64,000 nucleotides of DNA from an uncultured Veillonellaceae bacterium (GTDB taxonomy: Bacteria; Bacillota; Negativicutes; Selenomonadales; Selenomonadaceae): contig ONCF01000022.1 of the NCBI GenBank assembly GCA_900316275.1, positions 1,957 to 65,956 on the forward strand. Reading direction: 5' to 3'. Shown piece by piece: positions 8,105 to 18,003 of the stretch (positions within the stretch are counted from its first letter, which is position 1; each line of letters starts with the position of its first letter). Made by a program: the position numbers and the translations under genes. The notes under the pieces are model-generated. The model did not search any database and was not told the origin of the DNA. It saw nothing but the letters and a program-made list of their open reading frames with translations.

Positions 8105-9286
8105 TTACTTTTTCACCGCTTCGACAATGGCTCTGGCTATATTCTGGACGGGGCGAACCTCATCTGCCAGGCCGGCATCTACTACAGCCTTCGGCATGCC
8201 GTAGACCACGCAGCTTGCTTCATCCTGCGCGATACTGTAGCCGCCATTGGCCTTGATTTTCTTCATACCCTCACAGCCATCACAGCCCATGCCGGTCATG
8301 ATGACGGCCACGAGCTCGCGTCCCACGGGCGCGACCGAGTCGAACATCACGTTAACGGCCGGCCGGTGATTGCCTACCGGTGGGTCCTGACCGAGCACAA
8401 TCTTGCGCTTGCGGCCCTCCGAGGCAATGCGCATATGGTAGTTGCCGGGTGCTATATAGACCTGACCGGGCTGGATGATATCGCCATCCTCAGCCTCTTT
8501 GACCTTGATGGCCGAGATGGAATTGAGCCGGTCGGCTAAAGCCTTGGTAAAACCGGGCGGCATATGCTGCACGACCACCACCCCGCAGGGCAGGTCACCC
8601 GGCAGCTGCGTGATGACGTTCTGCAGGGCCTGTGGGCCGCCCGTCGAGGTGCCGATAGCCACAAGCTTCTGCCCGGCCGGTGCGCCGGACGCGCTCACTG
8701 CATGCGGGGTAAAGGCTGGTGTCTGCTGCTGCCGTCTGAGCAATGGATTGCGCGCTGGCGCAGCTGGTGCCGGTGGCGGAGCCGTGGGGCGGCCGCCGCG
8801 CTGCAGTGGCAGCTGGATGCGCTTCATCGTCGGTGCTGCTGGTTTCGGTGGTACTGCTGCCGGTTTAGGTGGCAGGCGCAGCGTCTTGTGCACGCGCGCC
8901 AGCGCCGCATTACGGCATTTAGCGAGGATATCCTCCTCAATCGTATCGATACGGGAAATGGAGCCGCCCGCCTTACTGATGAAATCGACCGCGCCGAGCT
9001 CCAGCGCCCGGATGGTAGCCTCCGTGCCCTCCTGCGTCAGGCTGCTGAGCATCACGACCGGCGTCGGGCACTCATCCATAATGACCGCCAGGGCATTCAG
9101 GCCATCCATCACCGGCATGTTGACATCCATCGTCAGCAGATTGGGCTTGAGCTGCTTCGTCAGCTCGATGGCCTCCTTGCCGTTCTTGGCCGTAGCGACT
9201 ACTTCAAAATCTGCCTGTTTCTTGAACAGGTCCGAGAGGACCTTGCGCATAAAGGCAGAATCGTCCGCTATCAAGACACGTATCAT
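8105..9286 (-). CDS. cheB: Chemotaxis methylesterase CheB (receiver plus esterase)
   Basis: MIRVLIADDSAFMRKV... receiver domain and a C-terminal esterase (GTSTGGPQAL, HMPPGFT, DGCEG). A GAGGTGAG RBS precedes ATG 9286. A long Pro/Ala linker joins the domains. Confidence 0.93.
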   Translation of the reverse strand: MIRVLIADDSAFMRKVLSDLFKKQADFEVVATAKNGKEAIELTKQLKPNLLTMDVNMPVMDGLNALAVIMDECPTPVVMLSSLTQEGTEATIRALELGAVDFISKAGGSISRIDTIEEDILAKCRNAALARVHKTLRLPPKPAAVPPKPAAPTMKRIQLPLQRGGRPTAPPPAPAAPARNPLLRRQQQTPAFTPHAVSASGAPAGQKLVAIGTSTGGPQALQNVITQLPGDLPCGVVVVQHMPPGFTKALADRLNSISAIKVKEAEDGDIIQPGQVYIAPGNYHMRIASEGRKRKIVLGQDPPVGNHRPAVNVMFDSVAPVGRELVAVIMTGMGCDGCEGMKKIKANGGYSIAQDEASCVVYGMPKAVVDAGLADEVRPVQNIARAIVEAVKK

Positions 9287-9317
9287 CCTGCTCACCTCAT
9301 TACCCGCAGCCCACCGT

Positions 9318-10007
9318 TTAGTCCTTGCCGATGCCCTTGGCGATAATTTCGCGCTGCACCGTGAAGACATAGTGGACTATTTTATTGGCAATATTGCGTG
9401 AAAGATGCTGGAACGAGGCCCCCACCTGGTAGACATAGTCATCATCGCCGCGCTGCACAGGCGTGCACCGTACGACCTGACTCATAATCTCCAACGGGCC
9501 GACATCAGGAATTTCGTTGATTTCCAGCCCGACCTGGGTCCCCACCTTCACGGGCTTGGGCCAGGCAAAGCAGATGCCGTTGCCGCTGAGATCTACCACC
9601 GGCGTCAGCACAGGCTCGGCGATACAGCCTTCCTCATCGACGAAGCGCACCTTGACGTACATGTTCACCTTGACCCGTACGAAGGCCCGATCCTGGAACT
9701 TTTCGCACGTCGCAGGGAACTCCAGACGCCAGACGGGCAGATTGCCCTCCTGCGCAGTACCGCGGAACGTCGTAAAGAAACGGTAGCGGCTGCTGCCTGC
9801 TGCTGCCTGCGCATACAGGCTCTCGCCCTGCATAGGGATAACCGGCACGCGCTTGTCATCGAACGGCATCGCCACGATAAGCTCGTCGCCCTTGATGTCC
9901 TCAATGCGGCTGCTCAGGCGCTCCTCCCGATTGTCTAAAAAGACCTCCAGGCGCTGGCCCACCTTTAACACCTTTCCTGCTTGTAATATTTCGCCTGTCA
10001 TAGCCAA
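9318..10007 (-). CDS. PilZ-domain c-di-GMP receptor, YcgR/MotI(DgrA)-like
   Basis: 229 aa with an N-terminal YcgR-like barrel and the PilZ motifs RxxxR (DRAFVRV) and DxSxxG (DLSGNG). Confidence 0.85.
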   Translation of the reverse strand: MAMTGEILQAGKVLKVGQRLEVFLDNREERLSSRIEDIKGDELIVAMPFDDKRVPVIPMQGESLYAQAAAGSSRYRFFTTFRGTAQEGNLPVWRLEFPATCEKFQDRAFVRVKVNMYVKVRFVDEEGCIAEPVLTPVVDLSGNGICFAWPKPVKVGTQVGLEINEIPDVGPLEIMSQVVRCTPVQRGDDDYVYQVGASFQHLSRNIANKIVHYVFTVQREIIAKGIGKD

Positions 10008-10019
10008 GTTCCTCCATGT

Positions 10020-10898
10020 TTAACGCGAAAAATGAAAAATTTGCTGGAGAAATCCTCTCCAGCCCCGCTTGACAGACATCTTGCGTCCATAGAGCAGGCT
10101 GCCCGCCAGTGCCTGTACACACTGCGCGGCCAAAGAGTCTGGTGCGGCAACCATAAAGGGTACCTGGCGCCGCACGGACTTCCTCACCGTATGATCGTCA
10201 TAGATATACCCCAGACAGCCGATATCGATGTGCAGGAACCGCTGTGCCGTCTGCGCCAGCTTCGCAGCCACCTCGCTGCTTTCCTCGACATCGTAAACCC
10301 GGTTGATGACCAGCTGCATCTGGCCCTCCTGAGCGTAGACGCTGTAGGCCTTCATCACCGCATAGGCATCCGTGAGCGACGTCGGCTCCGGCGTCGTCAC
10401 GAGCAGTACCTCATCGGCCGCCAGGATGAAATCCATCACCGTGCGGCCGAGCCCGGCGCCCGTATCGACGAGGATGATATCTGCCAGACGGCCGCAGCCG
10501 GTGAGTTTCTGCATGAGCTGCTGCCGCCCGCCCTGCACGATGCTGCTGACCTTTTCCAGGCCCGAGCCGCCGGAGATATAGTTCACGCCGTAGGGCCCGT
10601 GTACGAGGATATCCTCGAGCGTCATTTCCGGCTGCAGCAGGTCGCTGAGCGTATGCTGCGCGCGGCTGCCCAGCACCACATCCACATTGGCCATGCCGAG
10701 GTCCGCATCCACAATCAGCACGCGCTGTCCGAGATGGGCCAGCGCCACGGCGAGATTGACCGTAAGGTTCGTCTTGCCCACGCCCCCCTTGCCGCTGGTA
10801 ATCGCAATCACGCGCGCACCATCGGCCTGCGGGCTGGTAATCTTTACGTCCTGCTGGTCATCGACCAGCTGACGCAGCCTTGCTGCCTGATCTGCCAT
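10020..10898 (-). CDS. flhG: MinD-type ATPase FlhG (YlxH)
   Basis: Deviant Walker A SGKGGVGKT and the N-terminal DQAARLR activator motif. It sits directly after flhF. Confidence 0.93.
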   Translation of the reverse strand: MADQAARLRQLVDDQQDVKITSPQADGARVIAITSGKGGVGKTNLTVNLAVALAHLGQRVLIVDADLGMANVDVVLGSRAQHTLSDLLQPEMTLEDILVHGPYGVNYISGGSGLEKVSSIVQGGRQQLMQKLTGCGRLADIILVDTGAGLGRTVMDFILAADEVLLVTTPEPTSLTDAYAVMKAYSVYAQEGQMQLVINRVYDVEESSEVAAKLAQTAQRFLHIDIGCLGYIYDDHTVRKSVRRQVPFMVAAPDSLAAQCVQALAGSLLYGRKMSVKRGWRGFLQQIFHFSR

Positions 10899-10922
10899 CT
10901 TTACTCATTCTCCTGTTTTACA

Positions 10923-12284
10923 TCATTCGCGCAGCAACAGTCCCGCAAGGGCCGCCGGCGTCGCCGGTACGATATCGTCCGGCACACTCTGCCCGTTCGT
11001 CAGGAAGGACAGAGCAATCTCCTGCTCATAGAGCAGATTGAGTATGAGCCCCACGCTGCTTGTCTCATCCGCCTTGGTGAAAATCACCCGGTCCGGCTGA
11101 CAGACCGCAAACTTCGTCAGGATATCCTGTGCATCCTGCTGCTTGGTCGTCGCGCTCAGTACGAGATGCTTCTCGATATGCGGCGCTGCCTGCAGAAACT
11201 CCTGCAGTTCCTGCATCTGGTAGGTATTGTGCTGGCTGCGCCCCGCCGTATCGATAAGGATAAGGTCCTTATCGGCGTATTTGTGTAAAGCTACCCGAAG
11301 TTCATCCGGCGCATAAACAATCGTCAGTGGAATGCCGATGATATCCGAATACGTCTTCAGCTGCTCCACAGCCGAGATACGATAGGTATCGGCCGTAATG
11401 AGCGCGGCGTTCACATTCTTTTCCAGCACAAAACGCGCGGCAATTTTCGCCAGCGTCGTCGTCTTGCCCACGCCCGTGGGCCCGATGAGCGCCACCGTAC
11501 GTGGCTTTTTCCCTTGCTGCAGGTCAATGCCTTTGGCGAAATGCATATGCCGGGCCAGAAAGTGGCTGAGCACGTCCTGTGCCTTGGGGTCACGGCAGTC
11601 GAGCAGTGTTTCCCCAGCCTGCGCCTGTGCGGCGAGTCCCTTGCGGATATCTTCACTGACTTCCTGACGCTGCAGCGCGTCCAGGAGCGTCACCTGGTCG
11701 GACCCGGTTTCCTTATTCATGACCTGCGCCAGCATGGCCTTCATCTGGGCCAGTTCCGACTCCAGACGGTTGATTTTTTCCTGATCCTCCGACTTGACCG
11801 GCGCAGCTGCGGGCTGCTGAGCAGGCGGTATCGTTACGATAGGGGCTGCCGGCTGCGCATAGGCAGACACGGCTGGCTGCGCGGCAGCAGGCGGCTGCGC
11901 AAACGCCGACGGCGCCACCGGGGACGGTTGCGGCGCTAGCGTTGCCGACTGCGGCGTCACCGGTGCCGGCTGCTCCAGCTGCTGCACGGCAGCCGCCGTA
12001 CCGCTGGTCTTGTACTGGTTCAGCACCTGCCGCGGCTGTGGTGCTGGCTGCTTGACTGGCTGTGGCGTGGCCGCCGGTTGCGTTTTTGGCCGCCGCGGCT
12101 GCAGATTCTCCTCCTGGTCCTCAATGGCCGCCGTCACCTCCACGACCTCACTGCCACCATAGCCGAGGATACCGCCTTCACGGTATTTTTTCTGATGCAG
12201 GATGACCGCATCCGGCCCCATGGCCTCCTTGACCTGAGCCATGCACTCCTTCATCGTCGGCGCTTTAAACACTTTTATCTGCAC
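10923..12284 (-). CDS. flhF: SRP-type GTPase FlhF
   Basis: 453 aa with N-terminal MQIKVFKAPTMKECMAQVKEAMGPDAVIL and an NG domain (GPTGVGKTTT, DTAGR, TKADE). The Pro/Gln/Ala-rich B-domain linker is extended. Confidence 0.93.
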   Translation of the reverse strand: MQIKVFKAPTMKECMAQVKEAMGPDAVILHQKKYREGGILGYGGSEVVEVTAAIEDQEENLQPRRPKTQPAATPQPVKQPAPQPRQVLNQYKTSGTAAAVQQLEQPAPVTPQSATLAPQPSPVAPSAFAQPPAAAQPAVSAYAQPAAPIVTIPPAQQPAAAPVKSEDQEKINRLESELAQMKAMLAQVMNKETGSDQVTLLDALQRQEVSEDIRKGLAAQAQAGETLLDCRDPKAQDVLSHFLARHMHFAKGIDLQQGKKPRTVALIGPTGVGKTTTLAKIAARFVLEKNVNAALITADTYRISAVEQLKTYSDIIGIPLTIVYAPDELRVALHKYADKDLILIDTAGRSQHNTYQMQELQEFLQAAPHIEKHLVLSATTKQQDAQDILTKFAVCQPDRVIFTKADETSSVGLILNLLYEQEIALSFLTNGQSVPDDIVPATPAALAGLLLRE

Positions 12285-14375
12285 TTAGATTTTCACCACC
12301 CCAAGAATCTGCACTTCCACCGACTGCTCGATTTCAGCATGGGAAAGCACGATAACGCCGGACACCGGACGTTCCACCAGTTTGCGGAAGTACGGGCGTA
12401 CAGCCGGGCTCGTCAGCACAATCGGCTGATAGCCCATATTGGTCAGTTTCTGCAACTCGGTTTCGAGTGCATCCACGAGTTTCTGCATCGTATCGGGATC
12501 CAGGGACACATAGGAGCCATGCTCCGTGCGCTGGACAGCCCCCGCAATGCGGTTCTCCAGAGCCGGGTCGAGCGTCACGCAGGGCAGCACGCCGTTCTGT
12601 ACATTCGCATGTGTAATCTGGCGCGCCAGTGCGTGGCGTACATACTCCGTGAGCACCTCTGTATCCTTGGTGGCACGGCCGTAATCGGCCAGCACCTCCA
12701 TGATGGTACCCATGTCGCGGATGGAGACGCGCTCGCCCAGCAGGTTCTGCAGGACCTTCTGGATTTCGCCGATATTGAGCAGGTCGGGCACGACCTCGTT
12801 GACGAGCGACTCGTTCGTCTTTTTGAGGTTGTCCACGAGGTTCTGCGTCTCCTGACGGCCGAGAATTTCAGCGGCGTGCTGCTTGACAACCTCTGTGAGG
12901 TGCGTCGCCAGCACCGAGACCGCATCGACGACCGTGTAGCCGTTGAGCTCGGCCTGCTCGCGTTCGCTCTCCGGAATCCAGAGGGCGGGCAGACCAAAGG
13001 CCGGCTCCGTCGTCTCAATGCCCGGCACCTCCTCAAACACCGTACCGGAGTTCATCGCGAGGTAATGGTCGAGCATGAGCTCGCCCTTGGCGATTTCAAT
13101 GCCCTTGAGCTTGATAATATAGGCATTCGGTTTAATCTGGATATTATCGCGAATGCGGATGGTCGGCACCACGAGGCCGAGTTCCAACGCGCACTGACGA
13201 CGGATCATGACGATACGGTCGAGCAGGTCGCCGCCCTGTCCCGTATCGACGAGCGGAATGAGACTGTAGCCGATTTCGAGTTCCATCGGGTCGACCTGCA
13301 GCAGCGAGATGACATTCTCCGGCGAAGCCTGCGCCTTTTTCGCCGCCGTCTTGGTCTTGGTCTTCTGCGACGCCTCCGTCTGCTGCACGGCCGCCTCATG
13401 CGAACGCTTGAGGTTCAAGCCGATGAGCACACAGACAGCAGACAGGCAGAGGAACGGGAACCCCGGCAGGCCCGGCACAATGGCCAGGAACACGAGCACA
13501 CCCGCCAGGATAAAGAAGATACGCTCGTTGCGGAATAGCTGCTTCGTGAGGTCGGCGCCCAAATTCCCCTCGGCGGCCGAGCGCGTCACGATAAGGCCCG
13601 TTGCCGTCGAGATGAGCAGCGCCGGAATCTGGGAGACAAGGCCCTCACCGACGGTCAGCAGCGTGTACTGCTGCAAAGCCTGCACCGCCTCGAGGTTGCG
13701 CTGCACCATGCCGATGACGAAGCCACCCGTAATATTAATCATCATGATGATGATGGCGGCGATAGCATCGCCCTTGACGAACTTCGAAGCACCATCCATA
13801 GCGCCGAAGAAATCCGCCTCGCGCTGGATTTTCTCACGGCGGCGTTTCGCCTCGGCGTCGGTGATAGCGCCCTGATTCAGGTCAGCATCGATAGACATCT
13901 GCTTACCAGGCATAGCGTCCAATGTGAAACGCGCCGAGACCTCGGCGACACGCTCCGAACCCTTGGTAATAACGATGAAGTTAATAATGACGAGGATAAT
14001 AAAGACGATGAAACCGACCACGGCGTTACCACCGACCACGAAGTTGCCGAATGCCGTGATGACCTCGCCGGCGAAACCGTCCAGCAAAATCAGTCGCGTG
14101 GACGAAATATTCAGCGCGAGGCGGAACAACGTCGTAATAAGCAACAGTGACGGGAATACTGATAAATCCAACGCCTCTACGTTATAGATGGCCGACATGA
14201 CCACGAGCAGTGCGATGGTGATGTTTAAACAAATCAGCAAATCCAGCAGGAAGGTGGGCAACGGGATAATCATCATAATGACGATGGTCACGATGGCCAG
14301 CGCGATAAGCACATCGCTGTACCGCTGGATGAACGTGGTGCCCTGCGACGGGGCAACCGCCTGTGATGCAGCCAT
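12285..14375 (-). CDS. flhA: Flagellar export gate protein FlhA
   Basis: 696 aa with an FHIPEP-family N-terminal membrane domain and a cytoplasmic C-domain. Confidence 0.97.
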   Translation of the reverse strand: MAASQAVAPSQGTTFIQRYSDVLIALAIVTIVIMMIIPLPTFLLDLLICLNITIALLVVMSAIYNVEALDLSVFPSLLLITTLFRLALNISSTRLILLDGFAGEVITAFGNFVVGGNAVVGFIVFIILVIINFIVITKGSERVAEVSARFTLDAMPGKQMSIDADLNQGAITDAEAKRRREKIQREADFFGAMDGASKFVKGDAIAAIIIMMINITGGFVIGMVQRNLEAVQALQQYTLLTVGEGLVSQIPALLISTATGLIVTRSAAEGNLGADLTKQLFRNERIFFILAGVLVFLAIVPGLPGFPFLCLSAVCVLIGLNLKRSHEAAVQQTEASQKTKTKTAAKKAQASPENVISLLQVDPMELEIGYSLIPLVDTGQGGDLLDRIVMIRRQCALELGLVVPTIRIRDNIQIKPNAYIIKLKGIEIAKGELMLDHYLAMNSGTVFEEVPGIETTEPAFGLPALWIPESEREQAELNGYTVVDAVSVLATHLTEVVKQHAAEILGRQETQNLVDNLKKTNESLVNEVVPDLLNIGEIQKVLQNLLGERVSIRDMGTIMEVLADYGRATKDTEVLTEYVRHALARQITHANVQNGVLPCVTLDPALENRIAGAVQRTEHGSYVSLDPDTMQKLVDALETELQKLTNMGYQPIVLTSPAVRPYFRKLVERPVSGVIVLSHAEIEQSVEVQILGVVKI

Positions 14376-14462
14376 AAACCAATCTCCTTACTAGAATCTG
14401 CCAACTATATCTACAACCGGACTGTGTGGGTCAAACAACTGGCCTCTATGGGCCAGCTGCCG

Positions 14463-15605
14463 CTACGCCCGGCGTTTTTTGCGTTTCAAACGGTATACAT
14501 AGGCCAGAACCTCAGCCACGGCCTGATAGAGTTCCTGTGGTACGAAGTCGCCGACCTGCACAGCCGCATAGAGCGCGCGGGCCAGTGGCCGGTTCTCGAC
14601 GAGCGGCACATTGTTCTCGCGGCCAATGGCCTTGATTTTCTGCGCCACGAGGTCTTGACCTTTAGCTACGACGCGCGGGGCCAGCATGCCCTGCTGATAG
14701 ACAAGCGCCACGGCGAAATGCGTCGGGTTCGTGATGATAACATCCGCCTTCGGCACTTCCTGCATCATGCGCGCCATCGCCATCTGACGCTGCTTCTGAC
14801 GGATTTTGCCCTTGATTTGCGGATCGCCTTCGGACTGTTTGAACTCGTCCTTGACCTCCTGCTTGGACATCTTCAGGTCCTGCGTTGTCTGCCATTTCTG
14901 GTAGGCATAGTCGAGCACCGCCATGCAGAAAATCACGCCGCAGATCTGGAAAGCCATCTTGAAAATTACATTCTCCATCTGAGCCAGCGCCGTAAAGAGG
15001 TCCAGATATATGTACTGTGGCATAATCAGTACCTGTTCCTGCAGAAACATATACAGGAAAGCACCGATAATAGCGATTTTAAACAGGGACTTCACCAGCT
15101 CCACGAGGGAGCGTTTGGAGAAAATACGGCCAAAACCGTTGATGGGATTGAGATTGTCTAACTTTGGCTCCAGTTTCTCGGTATTGAACAAGAGCCCCAC
15201 CTGAAAAAAATTGATGGCCAGGCCGATGACCATGATGGCCAGCATGACCGGCAGCGCCGTCTTCACCAGCACCACCATGATACCGGCGAACAGCGTCATC
15301 ACATTTTCGGCATCGATACTCTGATTGAGATGACCGAAAATATAGGTGGTGTAATCGGCAATCTGCACGTAAATATAGTCGGCCATGAGCTTCAAGGTGA
15401 AAAAACCCACCGCGAGGACAAAGGCCGTATTCAGCTCGGTACTGCGGCCAACCTGGCCTTTCTTACGCGCATCCTGCCGCTTTTTGGCGGTAGGCTCCTC
15501 AGTCTTGTCATCGCCTGCGAAGAGCTGCAGGTCGAAGACAAAGGGAGCCTCATAGGGAGGTACGCTAGGGTTGCAGTGCCCGCAGCGCAATACTGACGTT
15601 GCCAT
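14463..15605 (-). CDS. flhB: Flagellar export switch protein FlhB
   Basis: FDLQLFAGDDKTEEPTAKKRQDARKKGQV near the N-terminus and the NPTH autocleavage motif (ITNPTHFAV). The start is uncertain (ATG 15605 or TTG 15590) and overlaps the end of fliR. Confidence 0.93.
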   Translation of the reverse strand: MATSVLRCGHCNPSVPPYEAPFVFDLQLFAGDDKTEEPTAKKRQDARKKGQVGRSTELNTAFVLAVGFFTLKLMADYIYVQIADYTTYIFGHLNQSIDAENVMTLFAGIMVVLVKTALPVMLAIMVIGLAINFFQVGLLFNTEKLEPKLDNLNPINGFGRIFSKRSLVELVKSLFKIAIIGAFLYMFLQEQVLIMPQYIYLDLFTALAQMENVIFKMAFQICGVIFCMAVLDYAYQKWQTTQDLKMSKQEVKDEFKQSEGDPQIKGKIRQKQRQMAMARMMQEVPKADVIITNPTHFAVALVYQQGMLAPRVVAKGQDLVAQKIKAIGRENNVPLVENRPLARALYAAVQVGDFVPQELYQAVAEVLAYVYRLKRKKRRA

Positions 15606-16350
15606 ACATTTCATTGAACACCACATCCAGAAACAGCACATAGAACGGGAGCAGCATCGAGAGCACGGTCACACCGATGAACAGCTGCATGGGGATACCC
15701 ACGACAAAGATGTTCAGCTGCGGCATCGTGCGCGCGAGAATGCCCAAACCGACGTTCGTCAGCAAAATCGCAAACGTCACCGGCATGGCGATTTTCATCC
15801 CTGTGAGGAAAATACCCGTCGTAAAATGCTCGATAATGAACGGCAGGGAGAGGTTCGGCTCGATGGTCAGCAGTGGCACAGCCCGGAAGCTCTCCACCAG
15901 GGCTGCGATGAGCATATGGTGCCCGTTCGTCACCAGGAAAATAATAATCGCCAGATTATAAAGAAAACTTCCGATAAGCGGCATCTGCTGACCGGAAGTT
16001 GGATCCAACACATTGACGATAGCGAAGCCCACCTGCATATCCATAATCTTGCCCGCCATCTGGATGGCCGCAAAGGAAATGTACGCCACAAAGCCAATCA
16101 GCCAGCCGATAAAAAGCTCTCCCAACACGGCCACGGTGTACATGAGCACCGTAGGCGGCGCCTGTACAGCCCCCAGCGCATCAATAACCGGGAAAAGCAC
16201 CATAGCAAAAGCTGCAGCCGTAGCGGCACGAAAGTAAATAGGAATATTCATGCTGCCAAAAAAAGGAGAGATGATGAAAATACCGCTGACGCGGGTCAGC
16301 AATAAAAGAAAAACGGCCGCATGCCCCTGCATCAGTGTAAAGAAATCCAT
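15565..16350 (-). CDS. fliR: Flagellar export apparatus protein FliR
   Basis: The polytopic protein begins MDFFTLMQGHAAVFLLLLTRVSGIF. The 348-aa track ORF over-extends into fliQ, so I use ATG 16350. Confidence 0.9.
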   Translation of the reverse strand: MDFFTLMQGHAAVFLLLLTRVSGIFIISPFFGSMNIPIYFRAATAAAFAMVLFPVIDALGAVQAPPTVLMYTVAVLGELFIGWLIGFVAYISFAAIQMAGKIMDMQVGFAIVNVLDPTSGQQMPLIGSFLYNLAIIIFLVTNGHHMLIAALVESFRAVPLLTIEPNLSLPFIIEHFTTGIFLTGMKIAMPVTFAILLTNVGLGILARTMPQLNIFVVGIPMQLFIGVTVLSMLLPFYVLFLDVVFNEMYGNVSIALRALQP

Positions 16351-16382
16351 ACCTGACCGTTTCCTTTCCGCAGCTGCGCCTC

Positions 16383-16652
16383 TTAGCCGATATAGCTCGG
16401 CAGATTGACGAGCAGGTTCGTGAGATATTCCACCATGATGCGCAGCATCCAGGGGCCGAAAATCAGGATGGCCACAAAGACGGCGATGATTTTCGGGATG
16501 AAGGCCAGTGTCTGCTCCTGGATAGAGGTAGTGGCCTGAAAGACGCTGACCAGGAGACCGACAATCAGCCCGAGGCCCAACATCGGCGCCGAAACCAGCA
16601 GCACAACCCACAGGGCCTGCTGCCCCAGCTGGATGACGAGGTCACCCGACAT
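16383..16652 (-). CDS. fliQ: Flagellar export apparatus protein FliQ
   Basis: 89 aa, MSGDLVIQLGQQALWVVLLVSAPML..., preceded by a GGAGGAAGGTGG RBS. Confidence 0.92.
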   Translation of the reverse strand: MSGDLVIQLGQQALWVVLLVSAPMLGLGLIVGLLVSVFQATTSIQEQTLAFIPKIIAVFVAILIFGPWMLRIMVEYLTNLLVNLPSYIG

Positions 16653-16675
16653 GGTTCCACCTTCCTCCCGCATGG

Positions 16676-17476
16676 CTACTTAAAGCTGACGATAAGCGAC
16701 TTGATGAGCAGATGCCAGCCATCCACCATGACAAAAAGCAGTATTTTGAACGGCAGAGAAATCATGACCGGTGGCAGCATCATCATGCCCATCGACATCA
16801 GCGTACTCGCGACAATCATATCGATGACGATAAAGGGAATATAAATCATAAACCCTATCTGGAAAGCCGTCTTGAGTTCGCTGATAACAAAAGCTGGAAT
16901 CAGCGTAAACGTAGACACATCGTCCTGTGTCTCCGGGCGCTCAGCATCAGAGAGATTGACAAACAGCGCCAAATCCGCCTCGCGTGTCTGCTTGAACATG
17001 AACTCACGCAGGGGCTCCACTGTATTTGTCAGCGCCTCTTCCTGCGTAATCTGCCCGTTGAGATAGGGCTGGATGCCCTCCTGATTGGCCTGTCCCCAGT
17101 AAGGAGCCATGATATAGAACGTCAAGAACAGTGACAGCGCGATGACCACCTGGTTAGGCGGTACATTCTGTGTCGACAGGGCGTTGCGCAGAAAACCGAT
17201 TACGACAACGATACGCACGAAAGACGTAGTCATCATGAGAATGCCCGGTGCCAGCGAGATAATCGTCAGCAGGGCCATGACCTGCAGCGTCACGGCCACA
17301 TCCTGTGGTCCCTGAGCGGTGCCCAGGGAGACATTCAGTGCCGGCAAGGCTGCATCCGCAGCCCAGGCCGTGCCTTGCCAGCCCAGCAGCATCACTGCCA
17401 GGACCAGCAGGCCGCAATATCCCTGACGTTTCAAACGCCCACAACCCCTTTTTTCTCTGCCAACGTCCCCCATCAC
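16676..17476 (-). CDS. fliP: Flagellar export apparatus protein FliP
   Basis: A signal-like N-terminus followed by the conserved core LLTIISLAPGILMMTTSFVRIVVVIGFLRNAL... Confidence 0.95.
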   Translation of the reverse strand: MMGDVGREKRGCGRLKRQGYCGLLVLAVMLLGWQGTAWAADAALPALNVSLGTAQGPQDVAVTLQVMALLTIISLAPGILMMTTSFVRIVVVIGFLRNALSTQNVPPNQVVIALSLFLTFYIMAPYWGQANQEGIQPYLNGQITQEEALTNTVEPLREFMFKQTREADLALFVNLSDAERPETQDDVSTFTLIPAFVISELKTAFQIGFMIYIPFIVIDMIVASTLMSMGMMMLPPVMISLPFKILLFVMVDGWHLLIKSLIVSFK

Positions 17477-18003
17477 TGACGGAACCGTGGCGGTATCTTC
17501 TGCACCAGATCGCCCAAAGCGCCAAACTGCTTGCTAAACATATCCCCTGAGATGGGGTGCTCCTCCTGCTCCCGCTGCAGACGTGCTATCATCTCCTGGT
17601 CATCCAGTTCCGACAAGAGCGTGATGTTTTGCTCCGTGACGCCGAGCAGGAAACATTTCCCGGCCATCTGTACCACGCAGACAGAGCGGTTCGGCCCCAG
17701 CGGCAGATGCGCGAGAATCTGACCTCCCGCACCTGTACGCTGTTGGGCAAAATGCCCGCCCAAATATCTGGCAGCAAAATATGCCATCCCCACCACAAAG
17801 GCAAAAATGGCAAATAAGCTGACAAGATATGCTGCGGTGGACCACCAGGAAATTGCCGTTGGCTGCGGATCTGTGTTCTCATAACCAGCCAGATAGCCGC
17901 CTCCCACAGCTGTCTGCTCAGCCGCCGACACGGGGTCGACGGCCACGAACAGCACAGCCAGTACCAGCGCACAGCCTGGCCATAATAAGCTCTTTCCTGT
18001 CAT
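17473..18003 (-). CDS. fliO: Flagellar biosynthesis protein FliO (FliZ)
   Basis: 176 aa with a single central TM segment. It sits between cheY and fliP, and its start overlaps the cheY stop in a TGATG junction. Confidence 0.8.
   Translation of the reverse strand: MTGKSLLWPGCALVLAVLFVAVDPVSAAEQTAVGGGYLAGYENTDPQPTAISWWSTAAYLVSLFAIFAFVVGMAYFAARYLGGHFAQQRTGAGGQILAHLPLGPNRSVCVVQMAGKCFLLGVTEQNITLLSELDDQEMIARLQREQEEHPISGDMFSKQFGALGDLVQKIPPRFRQ

Noticed and set aside
11261-11300. A GCCGATAA match (sigma-28 -10 element) on the minus strand inside flhF
   Set aside because: There is no TAAA-like -35 at the required 15-nt spacing. The match sits within codons for KYADKD of the conserved FlhF NG domain and is most likely coincidental. 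Similar GCCGATAC/T matches inside cheD, fliI, fliH and fliK were dismissed for the same reason.
15565-16611. Over-extended track ORFs: fliR 348 aa, cheB 421 aa, cheC 231 aa, cheD 189 aa, codY 301 aa, GGDEF 416 aa, glycosyltransferase 404 aa, tilS 341 aa, fliQ 96 aa
   Set aside because: The N-terminal extensions overlap upstream genes or terminators, lack family conservation, and have internal starts with proper RBSs at the position where homology begins. Coordinates were trimmed accordingly.
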